A stretch of 51,333 nt of DNA from Nitrospirota bacterium (lineage in GTDB: Bacteria > Nitrospirota > UBA9217), in NCBI GenBank assembly GCA_029858565.1, contig JAOUEV010000020.1:1-51333 (forward strand). The letters are read 5' to 3'. Shown here one piece after another: positions 35,862 to 45,770 of the stretch. A program made the position numbers and the translations under genes. Every line of letters starts with the position of its first letter. Position 1 is the stretch's first letter. The notes below the pieces were generated by a model. The model worked only from the letters and a program-made list of their open reading frames with translations. It did no database searches and was not told where the DNA came from.

Positions 35862-35963
35862 GTACAGGTCCTCCTCTGCGGGAATGCATCTATTATAGCA
35901 TATCACGGCGCGATCGCAAAATCTCCTTGCAAACGGCCATCGTTTCCTTTATGATTGGTCACG

Positions 35964-36425
35964 ATGGAAGCGGTAAAGCACGTTATCGAGCCGCAGTATC
36001 TCGCCCAGGCCCTTGCTCAGGGTGTGACGGTCCGCATTGGCCAGATGAACAAAACGGAGCATGAAGGCATCATCCGCGAGATCGGCCGGTACGAGATCAA
36101 TGTGGAAGAACAAGGCGGCACCGTGACCATCCTGAAACAGGACATCTCGTACATCCATTCCCCCCGCACCCTCATCCAGGCAGCGCCCCCCATGGAACAG
36201 GATACGGCTGCGAACCCGGAACACTCCGCTTCGATGCGGCCGAACGTCCAGCAGGAGTTCCTCGACAAGGCGATCCGCGAACGTCACGTTCTCACCCTCT
36301 TTCTCCTCACGGGCCAGCGCGTGAAAACGGTCATTGAGAACTACGATAATTTTACGCTCCTGACGCGCGAGGGTGAGCAGCAGCACCTCTATTACAAGCA
36401 CGGCGTCAGCACGATCAACCGCTAG
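35964..36425 (+). CDS. hfq: Hfq-like protein with two tandem Sm domains
   Basis: C-domain NVQQEFL...LFLLTG...YDNFTLL...YYKHGVSTI; N-domain is a degenerate Sm (GIIREIGRYEINV...ILKQDISYI). Confidence 0.85.
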   Translation: MEAVKHVIEPQYLAQALAQGVTVRIGQMNKTEHEGIIREIGRYEINVEEQGGTVTILKQDISYIHSPRTLIQAAPPMEQDTAANPEHSASMRPNVQQEFLDKAIRERHVLTLFLLTGQRVKTVIENYDNFTLLTREGEQQHLYYKHGVSTINR

Positions 36426-36434
36426 GGGCCTACC

Positions 36435-36842
36435 ATGGAAGCAAATCTCCTCGACAAGATGTTGGCCGATTACCAGGACCGCAAGACCGCTGTCACCATC
36501 GTGCTGCAGAACCGCGCGCGGGTCTCCGGCACGATCAGGTCCTTTGACAGCTATGTCATCATCCTCGAGAACAGCAGGAGCGAGATCGTCTACCGCCACG
36601 CGGTGTCGTCCGTCTCCCCGGCAGTCAGCGCCCCGCAGCGCCCCGCGACCCGGCCGCAGGAGCAGCCCCGGCAGACGGCGAAGGAGGACAAGCGACCGGC
36701 TGCTCGTCCTGCGGCGCGGCCTGCAAAACAGAAGCACCCGAAACCCCAGCCCCGGCCGGCAACCCCGTCCGCGGAACCATCCCTGAACACCGGCATGCAG
36801 GAAGGCCTCCAGCGGTGGCTCAAGGGACAGAAGGCAAAATAA
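36435..36842 (+). CDS. hfq: Second Hfq-like protein with Pro/Arg/Lys-rich tail
   Basis: VTIVLQN...GTIRSFDSYVIIL...VYRHAVSSV Sm1/Sm2 motifs. Confidence 0.85.
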   Translation: MEANLLDKMLADYQDRKTAVTIVLQNRARVSGTIRSFDSYVIILENSRSEIVYRHAVSSVSPAVSAPQRPATRPQEQPRQTAKEDKRPAARPAARPAKQKHPKPQPRPATPSAEPSLNTGMQEGLQRWLKGQKAK

Positions 36843-36843
36843 C

Positions 36844-38385
36844 ATGGACCGTCGGTCCCTGGTGCTCGCCGGCATCGCCGGCCTGCTGATCGCGCTCTCC
36901 TTTCCGTCGGCAGATATCCCGCTCCTCGCCTGGTTCGGCCTCGTTCCCCTGCTCCTCGCACTTCGTGACCGCACTCCAAAAGAGGGGTTCTGGCTCGGCG
37001 CGCTCTTCGGCATCGTCTATTTCGGCGGCACCGTCTACTGGGTGATCAACTCGGTCCACTTCTACGGCCACATCCCGCTCGTTCCCGCAGCGCTCATCAC
37101 CCTGCTGCTCTGCTCCTACAATGCCCTGTACCCCGCCCTTTTCGGGGCCATCATCAGCCGCCTGCGTGCGAAGCGCCCTGCGCTCATCATCATTGCAGCG
37201 CCGGCGGTCTGGACCGGCCTCGAGCTCGCCCGCACCTACGTGTTCAGCGGTTTCCCCTGGTCGCTCCTCGGGTACAGCCAGTACCGCATGCTTCCGCTGA
37301 TCCAGTTCAGCGACATCACCGGCGTCTACGGAGTCTCGTTCCTGATCGTGCTGGTGAACGCGCTGGCCGCGGGACTGATCGAGGACCGGAAGCGATATCT
37401 GCCCGCGATCGCCGGACTTGCGGTCCTTGTTGCTGCGGTCCTGTACGGATACGTCCGCCTGCAGCAGAGTTCCCCTGCCGAGGGAATAAGGATCTCGGTG
37501 ATCCAAGGCAATATCGAGCAGGACAAGAAGTGGGACCCGGCGTACCAGTCCGAGGTCCTTGCCGCTTACGAACGGCTGACCAAGGGCGTGCTTGAGAAGA
37601 AGCCTGACCTCGTGATCTGGCCCGAGACCGCGACGCCCTTCTACTTTAACGGGAACTATCAGAACGATCCGGCGATGACCAGGGACCTGAAGACCTTCGT
37701 GCGGGGAATGGACGTTCCCCTGCTGTTCGGCAGCCCCTTCTACGAGCGGACCGGAGAACGTTCCTACATCCTCCGCAATACAGCCTATCTGCTCGACAGG
37801 TCAGGTGAGACCGCGGCGATCTACCACAAGATCCACCTCGTGCCGTTTGGTGAATATGTCCCCCTGAAGGACAGTCTTCTGTTCTTTGTGAATAAAATGG
37901 TTCAGGCGATCGGGGATTTTCAGGGCGGGACCGAGTACACGGTAATGAAGGTCCGGAATGGGGAAAGCAGCGGCAAGGTCGCGGTCGGGACCGTGATCTG
38001 CTATGAGATCATCTTCCCGGACCTGGTGCGGAGATTCGTGGACCAGGGCGCAACGGTGATGACGACGATAACCAACGACGCCTGGTTCGGCAGGACCGCG
38101 GCGCCGTATCAGCATTTTTCCATGGCCGTGTTCCGAGCTGTGGAGAACCGCGTTCCCGTTGCCCGCGCGGCCAATACGGGTATCTCGGGATTCATCGACG
38201 CCCAGGGCAGGATCCTCGAGACCTCGCAGATCTTCACCGAGGCCGCGCTGACCCGAACGGTCACGCCCTCGGACGGCAGCAAGACCTTCTATACCCGCTA
38301 TGGCGACGTCTTCGCCTATCTCTGCGGCCTGGCAAGCCTCGTCCTGCTGGTCAACCTTCCGAAGAAGACCGCGAACACAAACTAA
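36844..38385 (+). CDS. lnt: Apolipoprotein N-acyltransferase
   Basis: GFPWSLLGYSQ, QGNI, WPETA, KIHLVPFGEY, ICYE and ANTGIS motifs. Confidence 0.97.
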   Translation: MDRRSLVLAGIAGLLIALSFPSADIPLLAWFGLVPLLLALRDRTPKEGFWLGALFGIVYFGGTVYWVINSVHFYGHIPLVPAALITLLLCSYNALYPALFGAIISRLRAKRPALIIIAAPAVWTGLELARTYVFSGFPWSLLGYSQYRMLPLIQFSDITGVYGVSFLIVLVNALAAGLIEDRKRYLPAIAGLAVLVAAVLYGYVRLQQSSPAEGIRISVIQGNIEQDKKWDPAYQSEVLAAYERLTKGVLEKKPDLVIWPETATPFYFNGNYQNDPAMTRDLKTFVRGMDVPLLFGSPFYERTGERSYILRNTAYLLDRSGETAAIYHKIHLVPFGEYVPLKDSLLFFVNKMVQAIGDFQGGTEYTVMKVRNGESSGKVAVGTVICYEIIFPDLVRRFVDQGATVMTTITNDAWFGRTAAPYQHFSMAVFRAVENRVPVARAANTGISGFIDAQGRILETSQIFTEAALTRTVTPSDGSKTFYTRYGDVFAYLCGLASLVLLVNLPKKTANTN

Positions 38386-38694
38386 CCGCTCCCTTCACAA
38401 GGACCCTCGCCCGGCTTTACTCCATCTTCCCCGCAAGGAACGCGCCCGTTTCTTTATCAACGGTCATGATGTGATCGCCGAAACAGTCATTGAGCTTTCG
38501 CACGATGTCGAGGCACAGGAACGGGGTCATCTCCCCCTTGGCGGGCATTGCCCGGGAGCGCTCGGATAGGAATGGGAAAATAGACCGCAAAGGCAACCGG
38601 CGCAGCGAAGAACCGGATATGGCACGGGAGCATGAAGCCAGGCTTAAAGATCGGGATCTTCTATTTCACCCTGCGGGGAGAAAGACCGTCGGTG

Positions 38695-39879
38695 CTATTT
38701 CTTCTGTAGCGAACCGCTCGTCCATTTGATCTCCAGCTTTCCCTGGCTGACGGCCGCATCGTAGATATCAGCGGGAGTGATGGTGCTGCGGCGGAACAGG
38801 ACGTTCAGGAAAGCATGTGGCTTCGGCTCCAGACCGAGATAGCTGTGAACGCTCTTGAAACAGTAATAGACGAACTCGGAACAGCTGAACCGGTTGGCGG
38901 TCTTGATATCGTTGAACTGGAAATCATAGCACGAGCCTATCTTCCCCAGGGCCGAGCTCCGGACGATCTTGATGACGTGGGCTCTGCTGACGCTCTCACC
39001 CTTTATCAAACTGGCATGTATTGCTTCCGCATCGTCCGGAAGGGCCTTGATCAGGGACCTGTCCCTCTCTCGGTCCTGCGGTCCGAGCTTGAACTGATCA
39101 TGGAGCCGCAGCACAACGAGGTAGTCGCAGCGCAGGAAGGTCAGGATGTCCTCCACGAACACGCCCCGGGTCATGGCATGGACGACCATTTGCCGTCCCT
39201 CCTGATAGTAATTTGTGTCCTTGCGGATCCTATCCTTTTCAGCATCCGAGGCAGGGAGCCAGGCTCCCGAATCATCCATGGTCTGCAGTCTTCGCGCGAC
39301 GATCTGCCGGTCTTCCGGTCCTTTCAATTCGCCCAGGTACAGCGCCGCGTGGGAAAAGTATTTTCCCAGCCCCTGCCCGCCGCCGGACAGGCGGATCATG
39401 ATACCGTCCAAATAGCCGTCGTACCCGCGCAGCAGGATGTCCCCGGGCTGCAGCTCGCGGTCGATCAGGTCGCGGATCTCCCTGCCTTTGATCTTATAGG
39501 AGCCCGGGTCTTCCACCAGGCTGACCGGCGAGGTGAAGTATTTCATCCTGCCGATCCAGGCGATAAAGGAATCGATACAGGCGTCGAGCTTGCCTGCGAG
39601 TCCGACGTATTTGCGATAGGGATTGTCCTTCTTCGGCCCGGGCCGGGTGATGGTATACACCACGCTGAGCGTCACCATGAGCAAGAGAGGCGACCACCAG
39701 CATTCGCGCCAGGCAGGAGAAAGGTAGAGCAGATAGGAGATCCAGCCGAACAGCAGGGTAAGAACGACCAGGTTGGTGAAAACGCTGTAACCAAAGAACA
39801 AGAGCCTGGCGATCCATGCGACTATGGCGAAGAGAAGTGTTTCGAGCTTCTTTTTCAACGGTCCCCCCGGACGGTCCAA
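38695..39879 (-). CDS. Membrane-anchored permuted papain-like NlpC/P60 (YiiX/YebB-like) enzyme
   Basis: QPGDILLR, FSHAALY and YDFQF...FSCSEFVY (His before Cys). Confidence 0.8.
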   Translation of the reverse strand: MDRPGGPLKKKLETLLFAIVAWIARLLFFGYSVFTNLVVLTLLFGWISYLLYLSPAWRECWWSPLLLMVTLSVVYTITRPGPKKDNPYRKYVGLAGKLDACIDSFIAWIGRMKYFTSPVSLVEDPGSYKIKGREIRDLIDRELQPGDILLRGYDGYLDGIMIRLSGGGQGLGKYFSHAALYLGELKGPEDRQIVARRLQTMDDSGAWLPASDAEKDRIRKDTNYYQEGRQMVVHAMTRGVFVEDILTFLRCDYLVVLRLHDQFKLGPQDRERDRSLIKALPDDAEAIHASLIKGESVSRAHVIKIVRSSALGKIGSCYDFQFNDIKTANRFSCSEFVYYCFKSVHSYLGLEPKPHAFLNVLFRRSTITPADIYDAAVSQGKLEIKWTSGSLQKK

Positions 39880-40154
39880 GTAGTAAGAATGAATTCAGTT
39901 ATTCCTGCCAGAGCTGATTAAAGCAGTAAGACGGGATGCCAAGACACAACGCGGCGACGGCTGAAGGATATTGATCAAAAAAGTACCGCTTCAGGATCTG
40001 CTTCAGCAAGCGACGGTCATGAGTATAGCAGAAACAGGAAAAAGGATAAAGCGAAATATCAGGCGGCAGACGGTGGAAAGAAAGCATGCGGACTTGAGCT
40101 GTTTCCCGAGGATATGGATGATGAGAAGAACAGCAGATCCTATTCTTGGTTGAT

Positions 40155-40829
40155 TCAATATCCCGTCAACGAAAAATGCATGAAGTCCTTCTGTTTTCCC
40201 GCGATCTCTCCGCCCCAGCGAAAACCCGCTTCCTTGAACGCCAGCACGACATCGCCGTTCCGCTCGAGCGTTCCCGGCACCCCGATCCTCCACTCCCCGC
40301 CGCGCAGGAGCCTGCACTCGGGCCCGAAGGTAACACAATTGTCGTAGAGGCCGTTCAGGTCAGGATTGATGTCGATAGCCGTGCCGAAGGAGTGGTTGCT
40401 GAATTCCGTGCGGTTCCCGTCCCGGTCCACCGGGCCCCGCGACTTGATCACGCGGTATCCCACGACCGACGTAATCGGCGCTCCGCGTCGCAGAAGGTCC
40501 TCCAGGACACCCCGCACCCGCGGCGCAACCTTATAACAGACGGAAAAAGAAGGAAGCGGCGGCAATTCGATCCGCACCTGGTCCTCGCTGCAGACCGTAC
40601 AGCCCGTTGCGGGATCGGTCTCTTGCGGAGTGAGATCTTCCCGGGACCGCTGAACGTTCTTCTTCAGCACGCTGCTTTTCTGGTTCACGTTCCAGACCAG
40701 CATCTCATAGGTGCACTCCCGGTTTTGCTGCTCCGTGCGTCCTTCTTTCGCACTGATCATGAAGCAACATGCCAATACGCCGCAAAGAACCAGGGTCTTG
40801 GACCTCGGCCGGCCGTCTATCTTCAGCAT
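40155..40829 (-). CDS. M15-family (D-Ala-D-Ala/L,D-type) metallopeptidase
   Basis: SNHSFGTAIDIN, WGG and DFMHFS motifs. Confidence 0.88.
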   Translation of the reverse strand: MLKIDGRPRSKTLVLCGVLACCFMISAKEGRTEQQNRECTYEMLVWNVNQKSSVLKKNVQRSREDLTPQETDPATGCTVCSEDQVRIELPPLPSFSVCYKVAPRVRGVLEDLLRRGAPITSVVGYRVIKSRGPVDRDGNRTEFSNHSFGTAIDINPDLNGLYDNCVTFGPECRLLRGGEWRIGVPGTLERNGDVVLAFKEAGFRWGGEIAGKQKDFMHFSLTGY

Positions 40830-40867
40830 CGTGAGTTCACCGCCCTTTCCCCCTCAGGGACACCAGA

Positions 40868-43213
40868 TTATTCCACTGCTTTGATTACGACCTCCCGCAC
40901 CGAGGACCTTCCGAGATCGTCAACTGCCCGCAGGGACACTTTCCCGGTTCGCGGCGTCCAGAACAGCATTTTCCCGCTCATCGATTCCCCAAGATAGGTC
41001 TCGTTCGCGAACCAATGGATCTTCCGCGTATCAGCATCGGTTACCGCGCTCAGGGGCAGACGCTCCTCTGCAATCTTTTCAAGGCGAAGACTGTACACGA
41101 GCCCCTCTCGCGGTGAAGTTATCCTCGGCCCCGCGCCTCGCGCTGCCGTGTCCTCTATCTTGCAGCCCGGTTCGTAGGGCGGAGGTATTTTGCGCGGAAT
41201 CCCCGCCTGTCGGAATATGGCGTGAAGGTCCGACGGCCAGAACTCATAAACAGCAGGTTTCGTTCCCGGCGCGTTATCCGCGCAAGACCGGAGGCCGGTC
41301 CTGCTGTTTACGAAAATCCTGCGGTGGACATCACACTTGGAAATCGGCGATTTTCCCGGAATGAACCAGGTGCCGACCCGGTGATCGCAGTCCGTTCCCG
41401 GGAGCCCGCCGGACAGGGCGCAAACCTCGACTTTTGTCAGGTTCAGTTCTGCAAGATTGCTGCTTCGCGATTTGCGCATCTCCGGGTCCTGCGATTTGAG
41501 CGAATCAATGATCTCGAAAAAGAGCGGCGCAGCAGCGTCGCGGCCCACAAATACCGGATTGCCCTCTCCGTCGAAATTCCCGATCCAGACCGCGATCACA
41601 TAAGGGCCGGCGATCCCGATCGACCAGGCATCGCGAAATCCGAAGGACGTGCCTGTTTTCCAGGAAACAGGAAAGGCATTGCGCACCCAGTCCGATCGAT
41701 ACCCATGGTCGGGCGCGGGATTGGCTGCGAGCATGTCGAGCACCAGAAAAGCCGCTTCCTTGCTGAGCAGAGACATTGTCTCGCCATCATTCTGTCCTGT
41801 ATGGAACTTGAGCGGTTTCAGCGTGCCGTCGTTCACCAGCATGGCATAGAGCTGCACCAGCTCCTCCATGGTCACTTCCGCGCTGCCCAGTGCCAGGGAC
41901 ATGCCGTAGAAAGCCTCGTCCTTCATGCGCGTGATCCCGGCTTTCAGAAGAAACCCGTGCAGCCCCGGAGAAGCAAGTTTCGATGCGATCTCCACCGCGG
42001 GCACGTTCCTGCTTTTGACCAACGCGTCCCGGGCTTTTACGGGTCCCAGGAACTCATTGTCGAAGTTCTCGGGATTATACGCTCCGAAGCTCATGGGAGC
42101 GTCCTTAAGCATGGTGAGCGGATGGATGATCCCCTGGTCAAGGCCCATTCCGTAAATGAACGGCTTGAGCGCCGAACCGGGCGAGCGCTTGGCCCGGGCC
42201 CCGTTCACCTGCCCGTCGATCGACTGATCAAAGAAATTCGCTGACCCGACCAGAGCCCTGACCTCAAGGGTCCTCGCATCAACGAGCATGGCGACCGCGT
42301 TCCTGATCCCCCGCTGTTTGTTCGCCTCAACATAGCTCCGCACATGCCGCTCGAACAGCGTCTGGAGCTTGAGATCGACCGTGGTATTGATCACCGGATC
42401 AAAAGGATCGAGTTCGCGCACCTCGTTCACGAAGTGCGGAGCCCGGAAAGGCAGATCACCGGGCCGTTTGAGCGAGACAGGCTGGTTTACCAATGCCTTC
42501 TGATCCTCGTCCTTTGGGTATTTTGCAGCCCACTTGGCAAAGAGCACTTTCCGCGCCTGATCAAGATCCGGACGCGGGCTGATGCCATTATCTCCCAGAC
42601 GAACCATCCTGCGCGCCGGGCTCTGCGGAATGACACTCAGGGTGATCGCGTCTGCGAGCGTCAGCTTGTCCGCGTTCTTGTGGAAGTATACGAGACTTGC
42701 TGCACCCGCGCCCTCGATATTGAGGCCATAAGGGGCAAAATTGAGATAGGCTTCCAGTATTTCGTTCTTCGAGTAGAGCAGTTCGAGCCAGAGAGCGGCA
42801 AGTATCTGCGTGGTCTTTCCCGAGATGGTGCGGGAGTTGATATCGTACTTGATCCGCGCCAGTTGCATGGTGATCGTGGATCCGCCGATCTTCCGGTCAC
42901 GCTTTACATAGGTGTGCCAGATGGCGCGAACGAGCGATGATGGGCTCACGCCTGGATGGAACCGGAACCATTTGTCCTCATGGAGCAGCGTGGTCCTGGC
43001 CAGGACCGGCGAAATGGATGTGAGCGGGAGCCAGAGCCGATACTTGTCATCGCGCGACAGGGTCAGTCGAAGAAGCTTGCCGTTCCGATCATAGATCGCC
43101 TGGGAGAAGCTTACGTCGGATTTGAGGGAGGGGGAAAGCAGGCGGAAAAGCACGAGGGTGATTAAGGTTATGGCAGCGAAGCGAACAATATGTTTTCTAT
43201 TCTTCAATAACAT
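40868..43213 (-). CDS. pbpC: Penicillin-binding protein 1C
   Basis: EDKWF, GGSTITMQLAR transglycosylase; SALK, SRN and KTGTS transpeptidase; BiPBP C-terminal domain. Confidence 0.96.
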   Translation of the reverse strand: MLLKNRKHIVRFAAITLITLVLFRLLSPSLKSDVSFSQAIYDRNGKLLRLTLSRDDKYRLWLPLTSISPVLARTTLLHEDKWFRFHPGVSPSSLVRAIWHTYVKRDRKIGGSTITMQLARIKYDINSRTISGKTTQILAALWLELLYSKNEILEAYLNFAPYGLNIEGAGAASLVYFHKNADKLTLADAITLSVIPQSPARRMVRLGDNGISPRPDLDQARKVLFAKWAAKYPKDEDQKALVNQPVSLKRPGDLPFRAPHFVNEVRELDPFDPVINTTVDLKLQTLFERHVRSYVEANKQRGIRNAVAMLVDARTLEVRALVGSANFFDQSIDGQVNGARAKRSPGSALKPFIYGMGLDQGIIHPLTMLKDAPMSFGAYNPENFDNEFLGPVKARDALVKSRNVPAVEIASKLASPGLHGFLLKAGITRMKDEAFYGMSLALGSAEVTMEELVQLYAMLVNDGTLKPLKFHTGQNDGETMSLLSKEAAFLVLDMLAANPAPDHGYRSDWVRNAFPVSWKTGTSFGFRDAWSIGIAGPYVIAVWIGNFDGEGNPVFVGRDAAAPLFFEIIDSLKSQDPEMRKSRSSNLAELNLTKVEVCALSGGLPGTDCDHRVGTWFIPGKSPISKCDVHRRIFVNSRTGLRSCADNAPGTKPAVYEFWPSDLHAIFRQAGIPRKIPPPYEPGCKIEDTAARGAGPRITSPREGLVYSLRLEKIAEERLPLSAVTDADTRKIHWFANETYLGESMSGKMLFWTPRTGKVSLRAVDDLGRSSVREVVIKAVE

Positions 43214-43326
43214 GCTCAGTATCGAGAACTTCTCGAAGTGCCTATCAATACGAAATCAGCGTTACACCTACTAACCTGCAGTTTCCGTCTGGTGAAACAA
43301 TAAACAATTACGGAACGAAACTGACA

Positions 43327-43384
43327 TATGAACGACGCGGGTCCCGCGCCGCCTTCTGGCGCGTCGCGGTGTGCCTCGTTAGAA
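43327..43384 (-). repeat. attC-like site A (58 bp)
   Basis: Minus strand TTCTAAC...GTTCATA; begins immediately after the stop codon at 43385. Confidence 0.82.
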
Positions 43385-44032
43385 TCAGTTATGTTCTGGG
43401 TCAAGCAGAACTGAAAGAAAATTCACTTCATCTCTGGAACTGACGTCAAACTGTTGAATTCTTTTCTCGTGATAACCTCTTGCAGAAACGGCAATATCAA
43501 CGTTCTTGATCTGTCTTTCTGGATCTGGAAATGTAAAATCTGCTGTTCCAACCCAGGTAGTCTTTTGTTTCTTATCTCGCACAGTCACCAGTGCACCTTT
43601 TATCGGCTTCTTGCGATCTGTATTGTCATGCACTATTACATTGATCCGGCATTCAGAATCCTTTAATTTCCCACCTAATAAAACGCCGAGAAACTCCACG
43701 CCACCAACGCGTTTATCTTTGAGTATGTCCAGTACCAGATCGCCATATTGCGGATCGTCAAGAATAATGTTTGTTTCAAATTGCCACGAAGAACCAGGTT
43801 GGTTTGCGCGATATGGATCAACAAAGTGCAGCATGGGAATCTCACCGGAAACTTGAGTGCAGTTCTTCAGCGATTCATGAAGCCATTGTTCCTTTGGTAA
43901 TTGATCTTTAGCTAAAGCAACTAGCCAGGTCGGATCATACGGTTGCCATGATTTCTTTTTTATCTGGTTTTGCAACCACACGATTGGATACGTTAAGTAA
44001 AGTTTGATTTTTACCAAGAGAGGTATCTTCAT
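43385..44032 (-). CDS. Cassette hypothetical protein (C-terminal prealbumin/carboxypeptidase-regulatory-like fold)
   Basis: 215-aa ORF between attC-like sites; PIKGALVTV...VSARGY pattern. Confidence 0.75.
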   Translation of the reverse strand: MKIPLLVKIKLYLTYPIVWLQNQIKKKSWQPYDPTWLVALAKDQLPKEQWLHESLKNCTQVSGEIPMLHFVDPYRANQPGSSWQFETNIILDDPQYGDLVLDILKDKRVGGVEFLGVLLGGKLKDSECRINVIVHDNTDRKKPIKGALVTVRDKKQKTTWVGTADFTFPDPERQIKNVDIAVSARGYHEKRIQQFDVSSRDEVNFLSVLLDPEHN

Positions 44033-44047
44033 AGGAATCTTTATCCG

Positions 44048-44107
44048 GACTAACGACGCCGGTCACGCGCCGCCTTTAGCGCGTCGCTCTGTACCGGCTG
44101 GTTTTTT
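44048..44107 (-). repeat. attC-like site B (60 bp)
   Basis: gactaacgacgccggtcacgcgccgcctttagcgcgtcgctctgtaccggctggtttttt; same family as sites A, C and F. Confidence 0.85.
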
Positions 44108-44119
44108 TTGACTGTTTTG

Positions 44120-44608
44120 CTATTTGCTCCAAGTAATTTCGACGGGATCTTTCAGCTTTAATATCGCATCCAATTTTCTGATCAATTCTGCAGGTGGTTT
44201 TTCTTCCTTTTTGAACAGTTCAAACGTCATGCTGTTAAAATAGAAGTCGTTGTCGTCCATTCCGTTTTGAAGGAACTTCTTTCGCAGATAATTTATCTCA
44301 TCGTTTGTTAGTGTGCCTAATTCAGCATTGTTTTCTTTGTCCTTGACTCTATAATCGCCGGCCGGTAGATCGATGAATTTATCTAGCTTCTTCTTTGCGC
44401 CTTTTCTCTCACTGACTCCAGAGAAGAACTGATATGCGAGTTCCGCTAGCAAAGATAAGAGAAACAGGGGAACAGCAACCCAATCCAAAAGTCCGCTGAG
44501 TGCAGTGCTGAAAATTCCGCCTAAAAAAATCGCAATCAAGGAGCCAAAGGATACTCGCGATACAATCCTGAGTGTTTTGAGTGTTTTTGGTGTCATAAGG
44601 CTAAGCAC
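44120..44608 (-). CDS. Cassette hypothetical two-TM protein
   Basis: 162-aa ORF with two hydrophobic helices, between sites B and C. Confidence 0.75.
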   Translation of the reverse strand: MLSLMTPKTLKTLRIVSRVSFGSLIAIFLGGIFSTALSGLLDWVAVPLFLLSLLAELAYQFFSGVSERKGAKKKLDKFIDLPAGDYRVKDKENNAELGTLTNDEINYLRKKFLQNGMDDNDFYFNSMTFELFKKEEKPPAELIRKLDAILKLKDPVEITWSK

Positions 44609-44630
44609 CGTGAATATGTATCAACTTTAA

Positions 44631-44687
44631 AAATAACGCCCGTGTCACGCACTGCCTTGGGACGCGTCGCTGTGGACGCGGTTATTA
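44631..44687 (-). repeat. attC-like site C (57 bp)
   Basis: aaataacgcccgtgtcacgc...gcgtcgctgtggacgcggttatta. Confidence 0.82.
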
Positions 44688-44812
44688 GGTGGCAGTTTCT
44701 TTTTAACAGGGCACATAACGACCACTTGTGTGCCCTGGGTCCTTTGACGAATTTCAATTATCATTGCAAGTCTGGTGGGTTTCGCGCCGATCTACCCGAC
44801 CTGCAACTATTC

Positions 44813-45448
44813 TCATTCGCTGGACGGTACAAAGGCGTTTGTTCTATCAAGCGTGATGGAGTGATATGCTTTCCCTTTATTAAAAATTTCTGTTCCAACT
44901 AGCCAGCCTGTTTTTCTTTCATAATACATTCTCTCAAACAATTCTTTTCCATGTGTAATATCAACTATCCAAACATCCCAGGTCTTCCACCTTCCTTTCT
45001 TTATTACTCTTCCTTTAAATTCGTCATGAAAGATATAAGTATATACATGCTCTATATGCTTCCCTTTAGTCCAGAATATTTCAGGCAACCATAATTCGGT
45101 CAATACCTTTTCTGAGCTATCAAAGTGCTTATGCGGGCCCGGAAACGACATCACGCCTAACTCAAGAACTGATGTAACGTATCCGTTTGTATCAACCAAT
45201 AAAGTATAATCATTAATTTCAGTGCTTTTCTCAGATGCATGCCCGAAATTAATAATATTTTTTATCAAAATCCAACCGCTTTTTTTGTCTTCATGTATCT
45301 CAAATGAATAAACACCTGATCGATCATCAGGAGAATATTTAAAAAACAGATCATCCTTAAAGGGCAAAGTACTCTCTTGACTGGAAAAGGAATTAATCCT
45401 CATCAAGAAAACACAGCAGACACAAAAGATAATTATTTATTTCTTCAT
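44813..45448 (-). pseudogene. Cassette secreted-protein gene with a nonsense codon at position 4
   Basis: ATG 45448 reads MKK*IIIFCVCCVFLMRINSFSSQE, in frame with ORF 44813-45406; the stop breaks a signal peptide. Confidence 0.65.
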
Positions 45449-45450
45449 AT

Positions 45451-45525
45451 TCTTAACGATTTTAGCAAGAATGGTGCCTGTAAGTCTTCTAGCTATACCT
45501 ATTTCGCTTGAATTAGTCGTTGTAA
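45451..45525 (-). repeat. Weak attC-like site (75 bp)
   Basis: tcttaacgatt...caag / cttg...agtcgttgtaa arms; on the minus strand GTTAAGA lies 2 nt before ATG 45448. Confidence 0.5.
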
Positions 45526-45711
45526 TCTGCAATCCGTACTGCCTTCATTGAATCTCTACTTCAGGAAGTATTAACCGATTGCGACGGATACGAGTATATC
45601 AGAAGTGTGCAGTCCGATAAAGTTAAAATATATCTAAAAAACGATAATGCTTTGACACCTACAAGTGTGCAATGAGCGACGAGTCTATTAAATAACAAAT
45701 TACGGCTGAAA

Positions 45712-45770
45712 TATGAAGCGGGGGGTCACACGACGACATAAGGCGCGATGCTGTGGACCACGGATTATTT
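45712..45770 (-). repeat. Degenerate attC-like site D
   Basis: Resembles A and C (ggtcacacgacgac...ggcgcgatgctgtggacc) but the cores are changed to AAG/ATT; overlaps the TAA at 45765. An alternative left core lies at 45690. Confidence 0.6.

Noticed and set aside
43216-43404. 62-aa ORF, and similar short ORFs at 44642-44902 and 48831-49019
   Set aside because: They translate attC-like palindromes and flanks; no coding signal.
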